DNA of 63,915 nucleotides, filler included, from Bigelowiella natans CCMP2755 (lineage: Eukaryota; Protista; Cercozoa), in assembly GCA_000320545.1 (NCBI GenBank). It is 7 parts of 7 records of this genome, joined end to end, with 100 filler letters (N's around TTAATTAATTAA, not from the genome) between each part and the next. Parts side by side here need not be neighbours in the genome. Positions count along the whole stretch, not along the records: positions 1 to 24,307 come from ADNK01001094.1; positions 24,408 to 47,114 come from ADNK01002554.1; 5 more parts are not named here. One strand, 5' to 3'. Both the position numbers and the translations under genes were made by a program. Positions 12,310 through 29,282 of the stretch are shown in pieces. Position 1 is the first letter of the stretch; each line of letters opens with the position of its first letter. Under the pieces are notes generated by a model that saw only the letters and a list, made by a program, of their open reading frames with translations, made no database searches and had not been told where the DNA came from.

Positions 12310-13054
12310 ATGTTCAGGGTGGCCCGGGCGGCCGTGATGGCCAGTGCGATAGTGGCCGGCAGGGCCGTTAAATCTGCCCTTATTGGTCTATACGAAGGTG
12401 AGCTTGACATTGATTCTGGTTGCAATTTTGAGCAGGACTTAAAAGGTGCCACCTTAACTACCCAGGAGTGACCACTGGTGGTGCAAAGCGTGCAACAGAA
12501 ACCATCAAAGACAAAGCCCCGAAAATGGGACTGAGAATAACTCGAGAGGAATCTATCGAAATAATGGATCTCGAGGAAGACTTCTCGAGGGAGGAACTAA
12601 AGGAGGTCTTTGCATTTTTTCTATTATCTTTGTTTCCTGGCTTATTCTCTTTCGTTTTGAACGACAGAAATACGACAAACTTATGGATGCAAACAGTGAT
12701 GCAAAGGGAGGGTCATTCTACTTACAGTCAAAAGTATTCCGAGCTCATGAAAGGCTGATACAAGACATGGAGGATGCAAAGGTATCATCACAAGACTGAA
12801 GTAAAAATGATGAGAGAATGCATCATTTCACCCTTTCCATATATTCGAAGGATGAAGAAGGAGATGACGAAGTAGTTGCTGCTGAAGAAATAGTGGTGAT
12901 TATGTACATCTAATCCTCCAGTAGGAGCACCGAAGCCTAATATTTTAAGCACAATTTTTATTAGGAAGCAGAAGAGATAAATACAGAAAAGGCTGAGGAG
13001 AAAGTTACCGGCTCAGAAGAATCATCGGAAAACAAAAAGAAAGAGCAGGGGTGA
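12310..13054 (+). CDS. PAM16: Mitochondrial import motor subunit Pam16/Tim16 (5 exons)
   Basis: MFRVARAAVMASAIVAGRAVKSAL...ITREESIEIMDL...KYDKLMDANSDAKGGSFYLQSKVFRAHERL; GGSFYLQSKV is the family signature. Four short GT-AG introns. Confidence 0.92.
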
Positions 13055-13613
13055 TTTACTACACTGATCAGTGTCAGAATTTTGGATTAGTCATATAACT
13101 TATGTAGCAATGTAGCCTTCAACAATGCTACGCATGCTATGGTGAAATAAAAGCATTGCAAAGCTGCGAAGCAAATCTATCGGAAGCACTTATGGGGATG
13201 CACACAACTTTACTATGTTGATAACTACATACATGCCTTATTCGCTTATATATACAATTTCTAGCTAGCTCTAGAGCTAGCTGACGATGGATTATAATAC
13301 ATCGCGTTTGTTGTGATGTGGCATGGATGACCTAAAGACAATGTCGTCTCTGGGCCTCGCTGTGGATGTACATCGCACCGTCAATGACCACAGATATAAA
13401 TATTGCGCTCAAAGCACATAATAGAAGTAGCGCGCACGCTAATTACATAACATGGCTATTGATCATATTAACAGCATACGATCATATCGTGTTTACTATT
13501 ACCAAGTCTTCACGATGCAATATACGATGTACATGTATACCGACTATAGTGTTTTATGCATTGCGTGGCGGGCCGACCCAATTCTAACATTAGCCAGTTG
13601 TAAGTTATTATTT
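13055..13613. other. Convergent intergenic region with a CTAG/CATG word cluster
   Basis: ctagctagctctagagctagct at 13261-13282, plus several CATG/TGCA words. Confidence 0.55.
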
Positions 13614-14707
13614 TCAACTTTCAGTGTCAACTTCCATACCACCCCCTATTTTGACATCTTCGGAATCTTCTTTATCCATATTGACATCTCCTACTTCTTC
13701 ATCATCTACTTCATTATTCTCTTGCCACCAATGTAATGCCCCGAGTCCAGTGCCAGCAATAGTGCCTATTATTTTAAGTGGAGGCTCGTATTCCTTATTG
13801 ATAAGTTTTTGTGCCGGGACAGCCTTGGCAAATTCCTGATCAAAATTTCATCAATATTGAGTTTTGCAGCAAAAAGTTTTATGAAATAGAGGGCCTCACT
13901 ATGGCGCGAACTCGCACTCGAATCACTTCGTTGAGTTCCTGTACCCAAAAATAAAATTGTCAAAAAAATCTTATTGATAAATAAAGGTTGTGGGTTTACA
14001 ATGTCTAATTTTGTATCTTCGTCAAAACTCCACGTCCAAACCTCCTGAGATCATCATTCAAAATTAAATCTTTTACTCTTATCACCAAATGAAAGGCGAC
14101 CTTTTCCGGATTATACACACTAGGATGGGCCATGTCATCCTTCGAGATGTAGATATCATGGAAGAACTTCAGCGACACCTGGAATCAAATGCTGCGGTGA
14201 AGATTCGTATATTTTATCTCCCTTGACTTCAAATTGAACATCATAGCACATGAAATGTTAAAACATATTTATCTAAAATTTAATGTCTGCATTTATGACG
14301 TACTCGTATTCCTTCTGAATCCATTGCTACGACGATGCCTGTGAGAACCTAATATAATGAACATCTTAGATCATGGAGGACGTTTGCAGCATGAAGTTAC
14401 CTCCTTCACCGAAGGACGGAACACTATCATCTGGAACCGCACCTAGACAACAGACATCGAGCGTCATCACTATCCAAGAGCGAAGTAACTCATTCCGTAC
14501 CTTTATATGCATTCCAGATGTTCCTGCTATGTATTTAGGCGGGCTAACATCTTCGATGGCTCTCAAGGCAACGCAGAGTCCAATGCCTGCGATGACCCTG
14601 TTGCAATAGCGAATGTTGACCTCATCTGCCAGCGATTGTCGGAGGTCCTTTCCAAACCGCTTTGGCATCACCGCGACGGTATCGGAGATTACCACCAGGA
14701 CAAACAT
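13614..14707 (-). CDS. POLR3H: RNA polymerase III subunit RPC8/RPC25 (7 exons)
   Basis: MFVLVVISDTV...NRVIAGIGLCVAL...VRFQMIVFRP...GIR|VSLKFFHDIYI...VWTW...EVIRVRV...PLKIIGTIAGTGLGALHWW. Stop TGA at 13616-13614. Confidence 0.92.
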
Positions 14708-15358
14708 CCTGCGAGCACTCTCGCTCTACTCTTAGGAGGAGCAGAGGGTGCAGGAGGGCTTGCCCTGGAATGGATCAGATGTAATTTATTAAGGTATAAT
14801 AATGATAGACAAACATAATAAAATGTGTAAATAGCCTGTACTTGATGTAATATCAATTTCAAATACGAATGATTTCGACAAATATGATGCTTTTGATTTA
14901 GAATCGGATCTATTCATCGTCTGAATTTTGAGGATGCTTCCTGGAATATTCTGATCGAGAAATGATCGTGCATCTCGTTCAATCGAACAGGAGACATAGT
15001 CGTCACATGAAAAAGGCCGTTAAATATTTGTCAAGTATTACTCAGATTGTACGATATTTTCCGCATATATTTTGTTCTCAATTCGAGCATAACAACTTAT
15101 ATTTTATTTTTCGGCCGCAATGGCGGCTTGGGTCTCGGACCTCTGAAAGTAGCCAAAGTTTCACGTGGCAAGGTATTTGTCGCTTATGAAACCCGGACCT
15201 GCTATGAATAATTAATTTTCTTGAAGTTTATCAGATCATATGTGTTTGTGTGCGTATCCTCATGTGTGCACACGCGTTCAGTCTAGTTAGAAGATTAGTC
15301 CTCCAAATGAACGACTCCTCCCCATATTAAACCAGCAGTTAATTCGGCGGAGTGTGCC
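14708..15358. promoter_or_regulatory. Putative AT-rich bidirectional promoter between RPC25 and the DnaJ gene
   Basis: Head-to-head starts with an AT-rich core at about 14790-15110. Confidence 0.35.
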
Positions 15359-17233
15359 ATGGGACGGATGGAGGTGACCAGAGTTCATCAATTCACAGTT
15401 AGCAGCCGGCGACTGCGCCGAACATTAGTGTTGCTGTCAGCTGTCGTCTTACCTCTGTTCTTCATCCTTACGCCTGAGTATGGGCCAAGCAAACGGGCCA
15501 TATTCAGGAGTATATTCGGGGGTGCTGCGTCCCTCTTGAGAGTAGGCATGCAATCTGGTGCCCATTCTAAAGCTGGGATGGCAGGCGGGGGGACGGCACC
15601 TCCTAAACAACCAACCCAACCGAAATCTAAGTCTAAGTTGAAACCTCGACGATGCTACTATGACATCCTGGGGGTCGCACGAGATGCCCCAGACCAAGTG
15701 ATCCACGACGCGTACAAGCGGCTCTCAGTGACTATGCACCCTGATCTTCAGGGTAAGACGAAGGAGACCAAGAAACTTGCAAACGAAAGGATGAAGCTTG
15801 TGGGAGAAGCCTACTCCATCCTTGCGGACCAAGAGTCACGAATGTAATAACAAAACAATAGAGAAACCAAACAGCGCCCCACCAAAATCGAATTTTCGTA
15901 TTATTCCCTGGTGTGGAGAAAATAAAGGATGAAAGAGTGGGAATTTTTGTCGCAGGGAGGCCCTTACCCTTCGATTTATTTCCATTCTTTCCCGTTGTTC
16001 GGTGCAAACTAAAGCGTATTATCCTGTATCTCCCTCTTTTCCCGTCTGCATGCTGCAAAGGGTTTGTCATTGGAGATAGTAATAGTCAGGGTGCATTCAA
16101 GTGTCTGTGCGTGATTAATATGCAATGGTGGAACCACTATGCCAATTGCTTACTCAGGTATTACGACTTCTACCGTGTCGGCCACATGAAGGGAAAGATC
16201 GACATCTCCGAGATGATTAGGAGGTCCAATCGCGCAGATGAAGAGAAGGAGGCAGAGCGTCAGCTACAGAAGACGTTGCCAATCGTATCGTTCTTACGCA
16301 AGATGCGGCACCAATCGAAGTACAAGGGTTACTATCCCGGTGACGAAGGCTTCTACAGCGTCTACGAGCGCGTATTCCAAGGCGTGTACGACCAGGAGCA
16401 GCAGAATTTGCGCAGGGACGCCGAGAATATCACATCCCTCGAGCTCCCTCCCGCCTTCGGGAACATTCTGACCCCTATCAAACAAGTGAAAGAGTTTTAT
16501 AAGTACTGGCAGCGGCACGTCTCCCCCATGGACTTTGCGTTCAGCAACAAATACGACCCTTCGATCGCTCGGAACCGCCGCGAGCGCAAGATCATCCTCC
16601 TTGAGAACCGCCAGCGCCGCGAACAGATCGCGGAAGAGTGGCACGGGGCATTGTATCAGCTCTTGGAGTTCATTCGGCAGCGCGACGTGAGGCTGATCCA
16701 GGAGCGCCTCGAGAAGGCGTCCGACATAGAGCGGCAGGTGCAGGAATTCGCCAAGGAGGCGCGCCGCCAACGAGACGCAGCCGTCGAGGTCTACGAGCGC
16801 GTCGCTGCTGAAATGCGAGCAAACTACACCTACGAGACCGACTTCGCGCACGTCTCAAAGCCGCCCGATTTCAGGTAAATATGAGAACACTTGAGATGAG
16901 ATATCATACGCTCTCTTTTTGCCATATTTAAGACCGTATCATGAGATGAAAGCTGCATCATTTTTCGTAAGATACTTCCGCCAAAATAAGCACCATGCGC
17001 CTTGGCCTTTGAAACTTGCGGTTTCCCTCCTCCCTTCGATTTCCAGGACGGTGCTGCGGCGCGTTGAGACAGCCGGTCTGAACTTGACGAATCGAGAGAA
17101 GCGATTATATTGTCCGATAGTAGAAAGACTGCTCCCTGGCGACAGGCTTATGACTCACCACTTGCAGTCCGACGAATATCTCAATGAAAAGGCGCTGCTC
17201 AGGTACATGCAGCCCTCCCACCCCACCCCTCCC

Positions 17234-17266
<33 letters not shown>

Positions 17267-17551
17267 ATACGCAGGAGCCGAATGGCCGAAATCGGTGGAG
17301 AGCTGCCCAAAGCAAACTGGAAGACGGCCTCCCCCGACCGGCAAATCATCGGTGACTCATCCAAGGTTAGGGAAGGGGGCGTGGGTCGGCGAGAGGACAT
17401 CCGAGCACCTTTGAAGAAAGTCGTCGTCACGACCCGCGAAGAAGCCAGGATGATGCAGAAGAGCAAGGAGCCGAAGGGGGAGGAGGAGGAGCAGTCGCCG
17501 CTTATCGAGGAGCTTGGTCTGTCGTCTTTGCGTTGTCTATTTGTACATTTG

Positions 17552-17605
<54 letters not shown>

Positions 17606-18690
17606 TGCATCTTCGTGCTCTTTCCCTGCTGCTACTGTCGGTACTTTCCGCTCTTATCCATCATCTAATCGCTTTTGGAAACAACAACAATAACAGACGG
17701 TGACGTCCCTTTTGAAAGACCGGAAGAGGAGGCAGCAGCAGCATCGAAGACCGGGGGGGGCGAGGAAGACATGTTTTTCGAGGAAGTTGACGCAGAGCAG
17801 GCACCTGACCAACGTCCCCCTCCTCCTCTCGTTTCTTCTTCATCATCAGCAGCAGGAGCAGTATCATCTTCCGAGAAGATAGGTAAAGACAGCGATCATG
17901 CTGATGGCCGAGCTGTGGAAGGAAGTTTGGGCAAATTGACCCTTGAGGAAGAGGATGGTGGTGGTGGAGGAGGAGGAGGAGGAGGAGCAGAGAGGGGCGA
18001 AGCAGAAGGAGAAGCAGCAGCACCAGCAGGCGTGGCAGTAGACGCTAACAAGCCGATATTCTATGTGAGCCCCCAAACCGGAAGGCGAGTGCTGCTGCTC
18101 CACGAGATGGATAGGAAGGAGAGGGAGAGGGAGAAGCAGCTCGAGGAGAGTCTCTCCGGTGTGATTGACCTCGACGTGCGGCGCTCCATTACGAAGGACC
18201 TCCTCCCCCCCACTATCCCGAAGGACTACACTAGGATGAGAACCACTCCCCGCCAGATCAAACGGAATACGCGCTACGGGTGAGGAGGAGGAGGAGGAGA
18301 AGGAGGGGAGAAGATGAGGGATGGAGCTAGTGGGTGCCACGAGGGGGGGGGGGGGTGAATAGGTTGTCTCTCTCTCATCTTGCCGTCTCATGATCAACGC
18401 GGTGATGATTATAAGCAGCAGCCACTGAAGCATCGTCGCCTTGCTTCTTCCATCCACTAGTCCATCCTCACACATCCGCTGCCGCCGTTATTAGGTATAT
18501 TCTAGAACCAGAGGAGGAGAACGAGCTCTTCCTGCAGAAGCACTTCGCGCCCAACACGAAAGGGGAGAAGTCCCCCACCGGGGGGGGAGGGGGGGGAAAT
18601 CCCCCCCACCACCCCCGTGGCAGGATGGAGAAATGGCTAGGAAAAATGTTTTTAGGCCTAAAATGGGAGGTAAACAGGATAGGGTGGGGG

Positions 18691-18732
<42 letters not shown>

Positions 18733-20374
18733 GTTATGTGTGTGTGTTGGTATCGTTGTGTAAAAACCAAAAACCCCCCCCCCCCCCCCCCCTCCTCCCC
18801 TCCTCCCCTCCTCACCTCCCCCAGACGCTATTAGAATTCTATTGCCACACACAGCTTGTGCTCACCATGCATTGTGTGTGTAATTAGGCACGCAAAAGAC
18901 GACAGAGGGAGGGGCGCTGGTATACTACGGTCGCGAAGGCCACGACACAGAGGAGGTGGCTTTGAGCACCCGAACAACAACAACAACAACAACAACATCA
19001 ACAATCATTCATGATGAACAACGCTAGCGAAATATCTTGTGCGGTAGATCAAGGACTACAAACGCCAGGAAGACTAGTCCAACGCCTTGCTGCATTCTTG
19101 CTTATTTTTACAATGTGTGTAATTGCGGTGTGCAGGAAGAAGAAGAGATGAAGAAGTGGCGGCTGGAGCGGCTCATCGACTTCGGCATCAACATCACCCC
19201 GCAGATCGCCAAGCGCTTCGGATTTGACCGAAAGTACTATATTTAGTGTCAGAGAATAAATAATAAAAAATAGTGGAGGAGGTGCAGGAGAACGGGTTGG
19301 GGGAGGGGGAGGTATCTCAAAGTCCTTAGTTCTCTATTGCAGGCCCACAAGATGAATTGGAATGGACTATCAATATCATATGCATGCATGCATATGAGAT
19401 TCCAACTTCTTTCTCCGTTGATGTCCCCCCTTCCCTATATCTCCATCGATTTCCTTTGCGTCCCAAAAACGAGCCACACTAATGTGCTCTCTCTCTATCT
19501 CCCGTCCCCCCCCCCCCCCCTTTTGCGTTTAGATACGTCACATCGTATGGAGAAGAAGAGGAAGAAGAGGAGAGGAGGGGAGGTGCAGACCGTCTGGAGG
19601 AGGGCATGGGGAAGCTCCGTCTCCGCGACGATGGTGGCGACAAGTACGAAGAAGAAGAAGAAAGACGTCACCTAAATGATGACGACATCTTGGAGAAGGA
19701 CGAGGAAGACAGCAAGAAGAAGAAGAAGAAGAAGAAAAAGGGAAAGAAATGGCAGGAAGGACCCATTAAGTAAGTGGGGAATGGAGGAGGAGGAGCAGAG
19801 GAAGAGGAAGAGGACATAAGCGCATACACACGCACATATACACATGCACATATCGAGAGAGAGAGAATGAGAAAGAGAAAGAGAAAGAGTTCTCATTTGG
19901 GTGTTAACAATGCGTCGTTTTTATTTGAAAAAGGGACTGGAGAGGCAAGCGAAAGCAGGAGTACGACATGAATGGAAAGGTCAGCTCCCACACCCCTTTC
20001 AGAACAACCAAACCATACACAGCCAAAGCTGTTCTTGCTACCACACATTATATCTTCCACCATCACCCCTCTGTATCTGTATACTCTTCACGGTCTCCTT
20101 CGTCTTCGCATATTCTCGAATCAATCGTTGCTGCCTGCTGCCTTGTCTCTCTCTCTTTGCGTCGTGTTTTAGCTGCTTCCTGTTCCGCCAAGGCCTCCAA
20201 GGAAGAAGAGCCTCCACGAGCGATGGCGGGTAAGTGCCCTAGGAAGAGAGGAGCACGGGATGACTAGTAGAAGGCACCGCAAGAATAGTTATAGCTGCAA
20301 ACAATCTTTGATTATGCTTAATTCGCGGCGTGTTTTGTGAGGTCAGCGGAGGACGCAGACACACACACACACAC

Positions 20375-20414
<40 letters not shown>

Positions 20415-20664
20415 GACATATTCGTTTGAGATGTAGAAAGTAATGACGCGTTCTTAGAGGCTTGGATGATTTACTCGACCACGTCACCATTCTTCAGGTT
20501 GCTCTGAGACGGAAGGGATACTTCCGACGCAAAGTCGTCAAAGCCTTGCATTTTGGTAGTACTACTACTACCCATGGGCTTCAACCCCTCTCCTCCCCTA
20601 GGAAAATACAAAAATACAACCAATGACGCACGCATGCACGCACACGTACACGAAGACACACACA

Positions 20665-20715
<51 letters not shown>

Positions 20716-21125
20716 GGTGTTAAACGAGGAAGCTTCTCCCTGTTGTATTGCATCCCCGTCCTCCTCCTCCTCCTCCTTCTCCGCTCATCCCTCCCCACTC
20801 TTCAGGCCACAACTCGGAGGAGGCTCAGAAGGAGCGTCTGGACATGTTCCGCGGGCTGACGCCACCAGGCTACACGCCTACCCAATACCGTAGAGTGCCC
20901 GTCGGCCGCGCTCCAGACCCACGACCCGGTGTGAGGAAGACCGGTATTCTGGCCAAAAGGAAGCTTCTGAAGAAGAGGAGGAAGTGGAGAGAGCGCCGCG
21001 AGCTGAACAAGAAGATGGACCCGGTATTGCGCCAGTACAGCAAAATGAACGACACCGAGCGCGCTGCCTGGAGGGCGAACCAGAAGCCAAACCCACGAGA
21101 TACGAATCAGCTCTACATCCGCTGA
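15359..21125 (+). CDS. Jjj1/DNAJC21-like J-domain protein with N-terminal bipartite-like leader and long charged C-terminal extension
   Basis: CYYDILGV...MHPD...EAYSILAD (J domain), then GFYSVYERVF, PPAFGN, VKEFYKYW, KYD...NRRERK...ENRQRRE...FIRQRDVRL (Jjj1/zuotin-like domain) and a degenerate zinc finger LYCPIVER...HHLQS. Exons after about 17500 are low-complexity; their linkage to the stop at 21125 is less certain. Confidence 0.8.
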
Positions 21126-22243
21126 GCGCGGCTCGCTCGGTGGAAGGAGCAAATATGGCGGGGTCCTGACTCCTCCTTTTGGAATTAGAAATGGTGCACT
21201 ATGGTGGCATGCAGGGTGGTGCAATGCCTACGTGCATATGATTGATGTCCGGGTATCGTATATCAAGATTCGCATCATCATCTAGATCATGCTGCCGCCG
21301 GCGGGCGTGGTGATAGACACCGTGTACTTTGTTGGTGTCTACATCTACGTACATGCTAGCATGTCACATGTAGGCATAGCGTTGGCGCACTATTGAATGC
21401 AATGTATGTGTGACTAGGTGACACGAGAGTGTGCTGTGTCACATGTTGATTGCTTCATGGCAAGAGGCATGGCTGAATGACTTTTTAGCTCTTGCTAGCT
21501 TGATCGAGTGCAATCTGGTGAAGGTGGCATTTCCAGTCATTTACATGCTTGAAACGAATGCCGAGCCGCATTGTGTTTGCATAGCAACATCATCGAATCG
21601 ATCGTGATCATCATATATTGGCTAGTAGTTGGGCTCTCAGGCAATAGACATGCGAACATCTAGACATGCATGTGATGTACACAATGCATGCAATCATATG
21701 CCAGCGAGCTAGCTAGCTAGAGACGGCGCACGCCCAGATGCTTTTGCCGAGACATGCCATGCATGCTAGCATGCATGTACGCGCACACGCAACTGAACAG
21801 TGTGTTGTCATTGCTAGCGCAGAATAATCATGACTATGCACACATGTACACTTTGTATCGTAATATGCGCGCACACTTTAGCATCATGACCGAAGGGGAA
21901 TGTTGTATGCATCGCAGACGAGTTAATAACAATGCTTAGAATGGGTAGATTCCTACCAGCGCATGACAAATTCTACGCTACGAACTACTAGTCTCGCCTC
22001 ACTATACAGTCGACTAATTCGGTGGCGTGCATGTATGTATTAAATATTGTAATGCCTTTCATCATTCCGCCCCTGCCGTCGTCTGCGATCGGCAACATTA
22101 CGAAACAGCCAATGTACGCAGAAGTGTCGCCAGCCCAATCTTCAATTTACTACTTGCTCCAGCGATGATTCGGTAGTACGCGGAGCTGGCAGCAGCTGGA
22201 GTCAGTCAGCGAATTGCAATGCCGTTGTAATGGGAAATGATGG
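21126..22243. other. Palindrome-word-rich convergent intergenic island
   Basis: ACATGCTAGCATGT at 21351-21364; 20-bp perfect palindrome CATGCATGCTAGCATGCATG at 21758-21777; gctagctagctag at 21708-21720. Confidence 0.8.
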
Positions 22244-25443
<3,200 letters not shown>

Positions 25444-26233
25444 CGTTTTCTACAGATGAGAAGCTCCCTGCTGCTGCTCCTGCGTGCTGCTGTTGTGTCT
25501 GCTGGACCGAAGAAACTCGAACACGGGCTGACCTCCTTCTTCGGGAGGTTCGGTTCTTTTGGCGGGAAAGAAGGGGCGGGGGGAGGGGCCTCTGTTGAGC
25601 AATGAAAATGCACAAGAAGCTGGAATTCTAGCATTTTATCTGAAAATGCTTCAATTTAGGCAAAAATATTAGGAAATATTCGGGATAACCCGTTGCCTTG
25701 CGGAGGGAGGAGACTAATCCAGCTGCGGCACCGACGACGAAGAAAGAGAAGAAATTTCTCAGTTTGGGAATCTTGGAATAGGAGAAAATAAGACTGGAAT
25801 ATATCTAGGTTTTTCCGGCAAATAGTCATTGTCCTCGCAACAATATATACAATAGTAATTGATCTTTTTTTTGTGATACTTGTTAACAGAGAAATACCTA
25901 GATTTTTGGATAAAAATTATAAGAACTCTGTCTCGTGCCCAACATAATATGTTCTTTCGGGTTTAAAACCAGAGGTAATTGGATAGAATATCTTGGTTAT
26001 GATTTGGATAGCTAGAATCTCTATCTTCAATTGTTGTTCATGTTACATAATCTTTACTATGTATTGGAACTTTTTCCGAATAAACATCGATATATTTTTG
26101 CCTAATGTAAGGAAATGCGCTGTCGAAACAGTCGGCGCATTACGTGCACAAGGGCTCACATTCCATTTCCATCCGCCCCCCCCCCTCCCTCCCTGCTTTC
26201 GAACGATTTTTTATGAATGTATAACGAGGGAAA

Positions 26234-27059
26234 ATGGCTGCAACTAAACGACGACTAAGAAGTACTTCTCGCAGAAACAGTCGAGGTATACTAGAAGGCG
26301 GTCTCGTTGGGAGTGATAAACGATAGCTGTTGTGTCTCTTTTGTTCGGTAGTGCCACGACGGGCTGCTCGGGGCGATTGCTTACGCGAAGAGAACTGCGA
26401 TGACTGCAGAGGGCCCGGAAGGGTGTGGTGTGACTCAGCTGCGGTGAGTTGACTAAAAGTCTGTTTGTTGGGAAGGGTGGGAATCTGAGAATACTACGAG
26501 ATCGCCGTACTCATCATGTTTTGGTGAATCATCATGTAATTACCTTGCCTTTATTCATCTATTTTCCTAATTAGTATACGACAGTATTGCGTCGTCTAGT
26601 TCGCCAATACAAAAGCATCCCCTCCACGGTTGGATCCTCCATTGCCTCGTGTGTAGCTACTAGCGCAGCTGGGGCGAGGCTGGGAAGATTACGTTTGTCT
26701 GGGAAGCCATATGCTGCAGCTTCCATATTGGGTAGAAGTATCTGCAACGAATGCTCGCATATCAACGATGGTGGTAGCACAGGCGGTCATGGCATAATAC
26801 AGCTAAAATCGATACCTATCATGATGGCAGTGATGACGCTTCTACTGCTTCTTATTTACATCATCACTAGCTGGTAATACTTTCATCTATCTACCAAGTT
26901 TTTTTCACCACATCTACGCAAATTTTATCAATACAGGCTGGCAATAGCGAATATCTGAGTAGTTTGATTAATCATTACGCACATACGCTATGTTAGGATC
27001 GACAGGTGACAACAACAGAAGCCTTGCATAACGAGCAGCTGGTGGCGGAGGCATGCTAA
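26234..27059 (+). CDS. Possible small hypothetical multi-exon protein
   Basis: Phase-compatible GT-AG chain MAATKRRLR.. | YTTVLRRLVRQYKSIPST | LLAQLGRGWEDYVCLGSHMLQLPYW | LVILSSIYQ. No homology recognised. Confidence 0.25.
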
Positions 27060-27769
27060 ACGTGCGAACTTCGATGGAGTGTAACTTACAATGCTAGAGT
27101 CGACTTCAGGTGCGCCGTAAATATGTGGTAGTGCATGTACATACAATGACACCAAGAGGAGTTGGGAACTTCAATATCGAGTCGAAGCGACTGCTGAGTA
27201 TACATGGTTCTGTCTCGCATGTACCAATTTTGTTATTATACATTGTGCTATCATCGCTACAATCAGCTACGTTGAATCGCAATAATCACTTACAGCTCAT
27301 AGCTTTGCATTCGCACAAACTAGCAATGTACAAAGTTGCATTTGCTGCAAGGCATTAGGGCAGCCATTATAATTATACACCGCTAGCAAGCTGATAGGCT
27401 AGATGACCCGCACACACTCTGCACCAAGCAAAGTATTTGAACGCCCGCTATAAATAGCTATTTGATTGCGAACATCATTAGATCAATTGTAAACTAAAAC
27501 AGAGGAAAGGTGCTTAACGTGTCACTCTCTCAATTATTTATTACTATCTAGTTAGTAGCGCTGCTGTGGAATATACAATAAAATAAAGCTAATTATAAGG
27601 CGCTACAGAGCATATGAATGCGCATTTACCTAAATGGCTGATTTATATGGAAAAGTCTCATAATTCTAAGTACTGTTTATTCCATGTGATTGAGTTGAAT
27701 CGGTGTAATGATATGTGCCTACATTGAGAAATAAACTAAATCCTCGAAGCAGCAGCATTTGCCTATCTA

Positions 27770-29219
27770 CTACCAGGAGCAGTCTGATCGAGTGTCTTCG
27801 AAGTACCCCCCGCGAAACAACAAGATCCATTGCAACAAGGGGTGCTTTGGGTGTTGAAACTCTGGCTCGCTTAGGATGTCAGGAGAATCGATAATGCGGG
27901 GGGGCTGGTCAATTGATGTTCCAGATATCTATTCATAAAGTAGTATATGTCAAAGCTGAAACTCTTCCTTTGAGACCACCAACCGAAATGTTGTGTGCGA
28001 CTCTTCAATAAAACATAATCATCTAATACGTAACGGAAATCAGAGAATAGGTTATTTATCAAGAAATCACTCCTCTACCTTCCAAAAGGAATCATGCAAA
28101 TACCTTCACTTTCATCGGCAGCCTCGCTCGCTTCAACCGCGCCCTAGCATTCTGCATCATTTTGTCAAACGTCATGCGAGGAATGTCTGGAAAGATCGCC
28201 TTGACAGCTGGCCATGTAGCACCCTCTCCGATATGAGTTGGAGCGCTTTCCTCTTCTCCGTTATCTGTCGTTGTCTTGACGCTGTTTCTGTTCAACTCCT
28301 TGAATGTGTACAAACCGAAGGGCTCAGGGCTGAGGACAACCTCCTCACTCACAACTGTTATGCTCCTACTGCTACGACTCCATTCGCTATATCTGTTGGT
28401 AGCAGCCCGGGGGGAACGATCTGATTTTTTCTGATTTGCGCCTTCTTGCCCTCCTCCTCCTTCTCCTCCTCTTTCTCTCCCCTTTCTGTAGTTCCCTTCT
28501 TTACTCGGTATCTGCATTCCAAGCATCTTTCTCGCGGCATTTGTCACTGAAGCTAGGACCGAGCGCCAACCACTTCCCTGGTTAGCTTTATGGGTACTCA
28601 TCAACGGCTCACACAACACGTATCGCCCACCCGGTAGACCTACGACCCCACGGAGCTCTCCCCCTCCCCACATGTGCCCTCTCCGCATGTAGTTGTACTT
28701 GTGTTTCCTGGACGTAAGCGACGAGATGTTGTTCAGTGCTTCTTGGACAGTCGATGGAATTAGAGCGATTGCGGTGAAAATCATGAGAATGACCAATGTT
28801 ACGACGATGACGAAATTGCTGGTGGTGCTGCTGATGAGGATGCTAAGCTAAAACAGGGGTTGGCAAGAGGAAAATCGTAAGTTTGAAGTGTGTAATACCG
28901 AATAGTCTTCTTCTCCGTCCTTTGTCGCTTTAGCCCTTTCATTGAGGTGTTTTCCCCTTCTCGGCCTTTGTGATGTTCTTCTATATTCTTGACGATTTCA
29001 CCCTCCTCCTCCACCTCCTCCACCTCCTCTTCTTCTTCTTCTTCTTCTTCTTCTTCTTCTTCTGCTTCCTCAACGACTACTTGGCACAGGTCAAAAGTGC
29101 GATTAAAAGGATTTTGCAGTATTGCAGGCACTTTCTCAGCAGCAGCAGAAAGATGGTAGTGATGATCAGAGTACTCAAACTTCACAGCTCCAAACGACTC
29201 GTACCCTTTAAAAGAAAAT

Positions 29220-29282
<63 letters not shown>

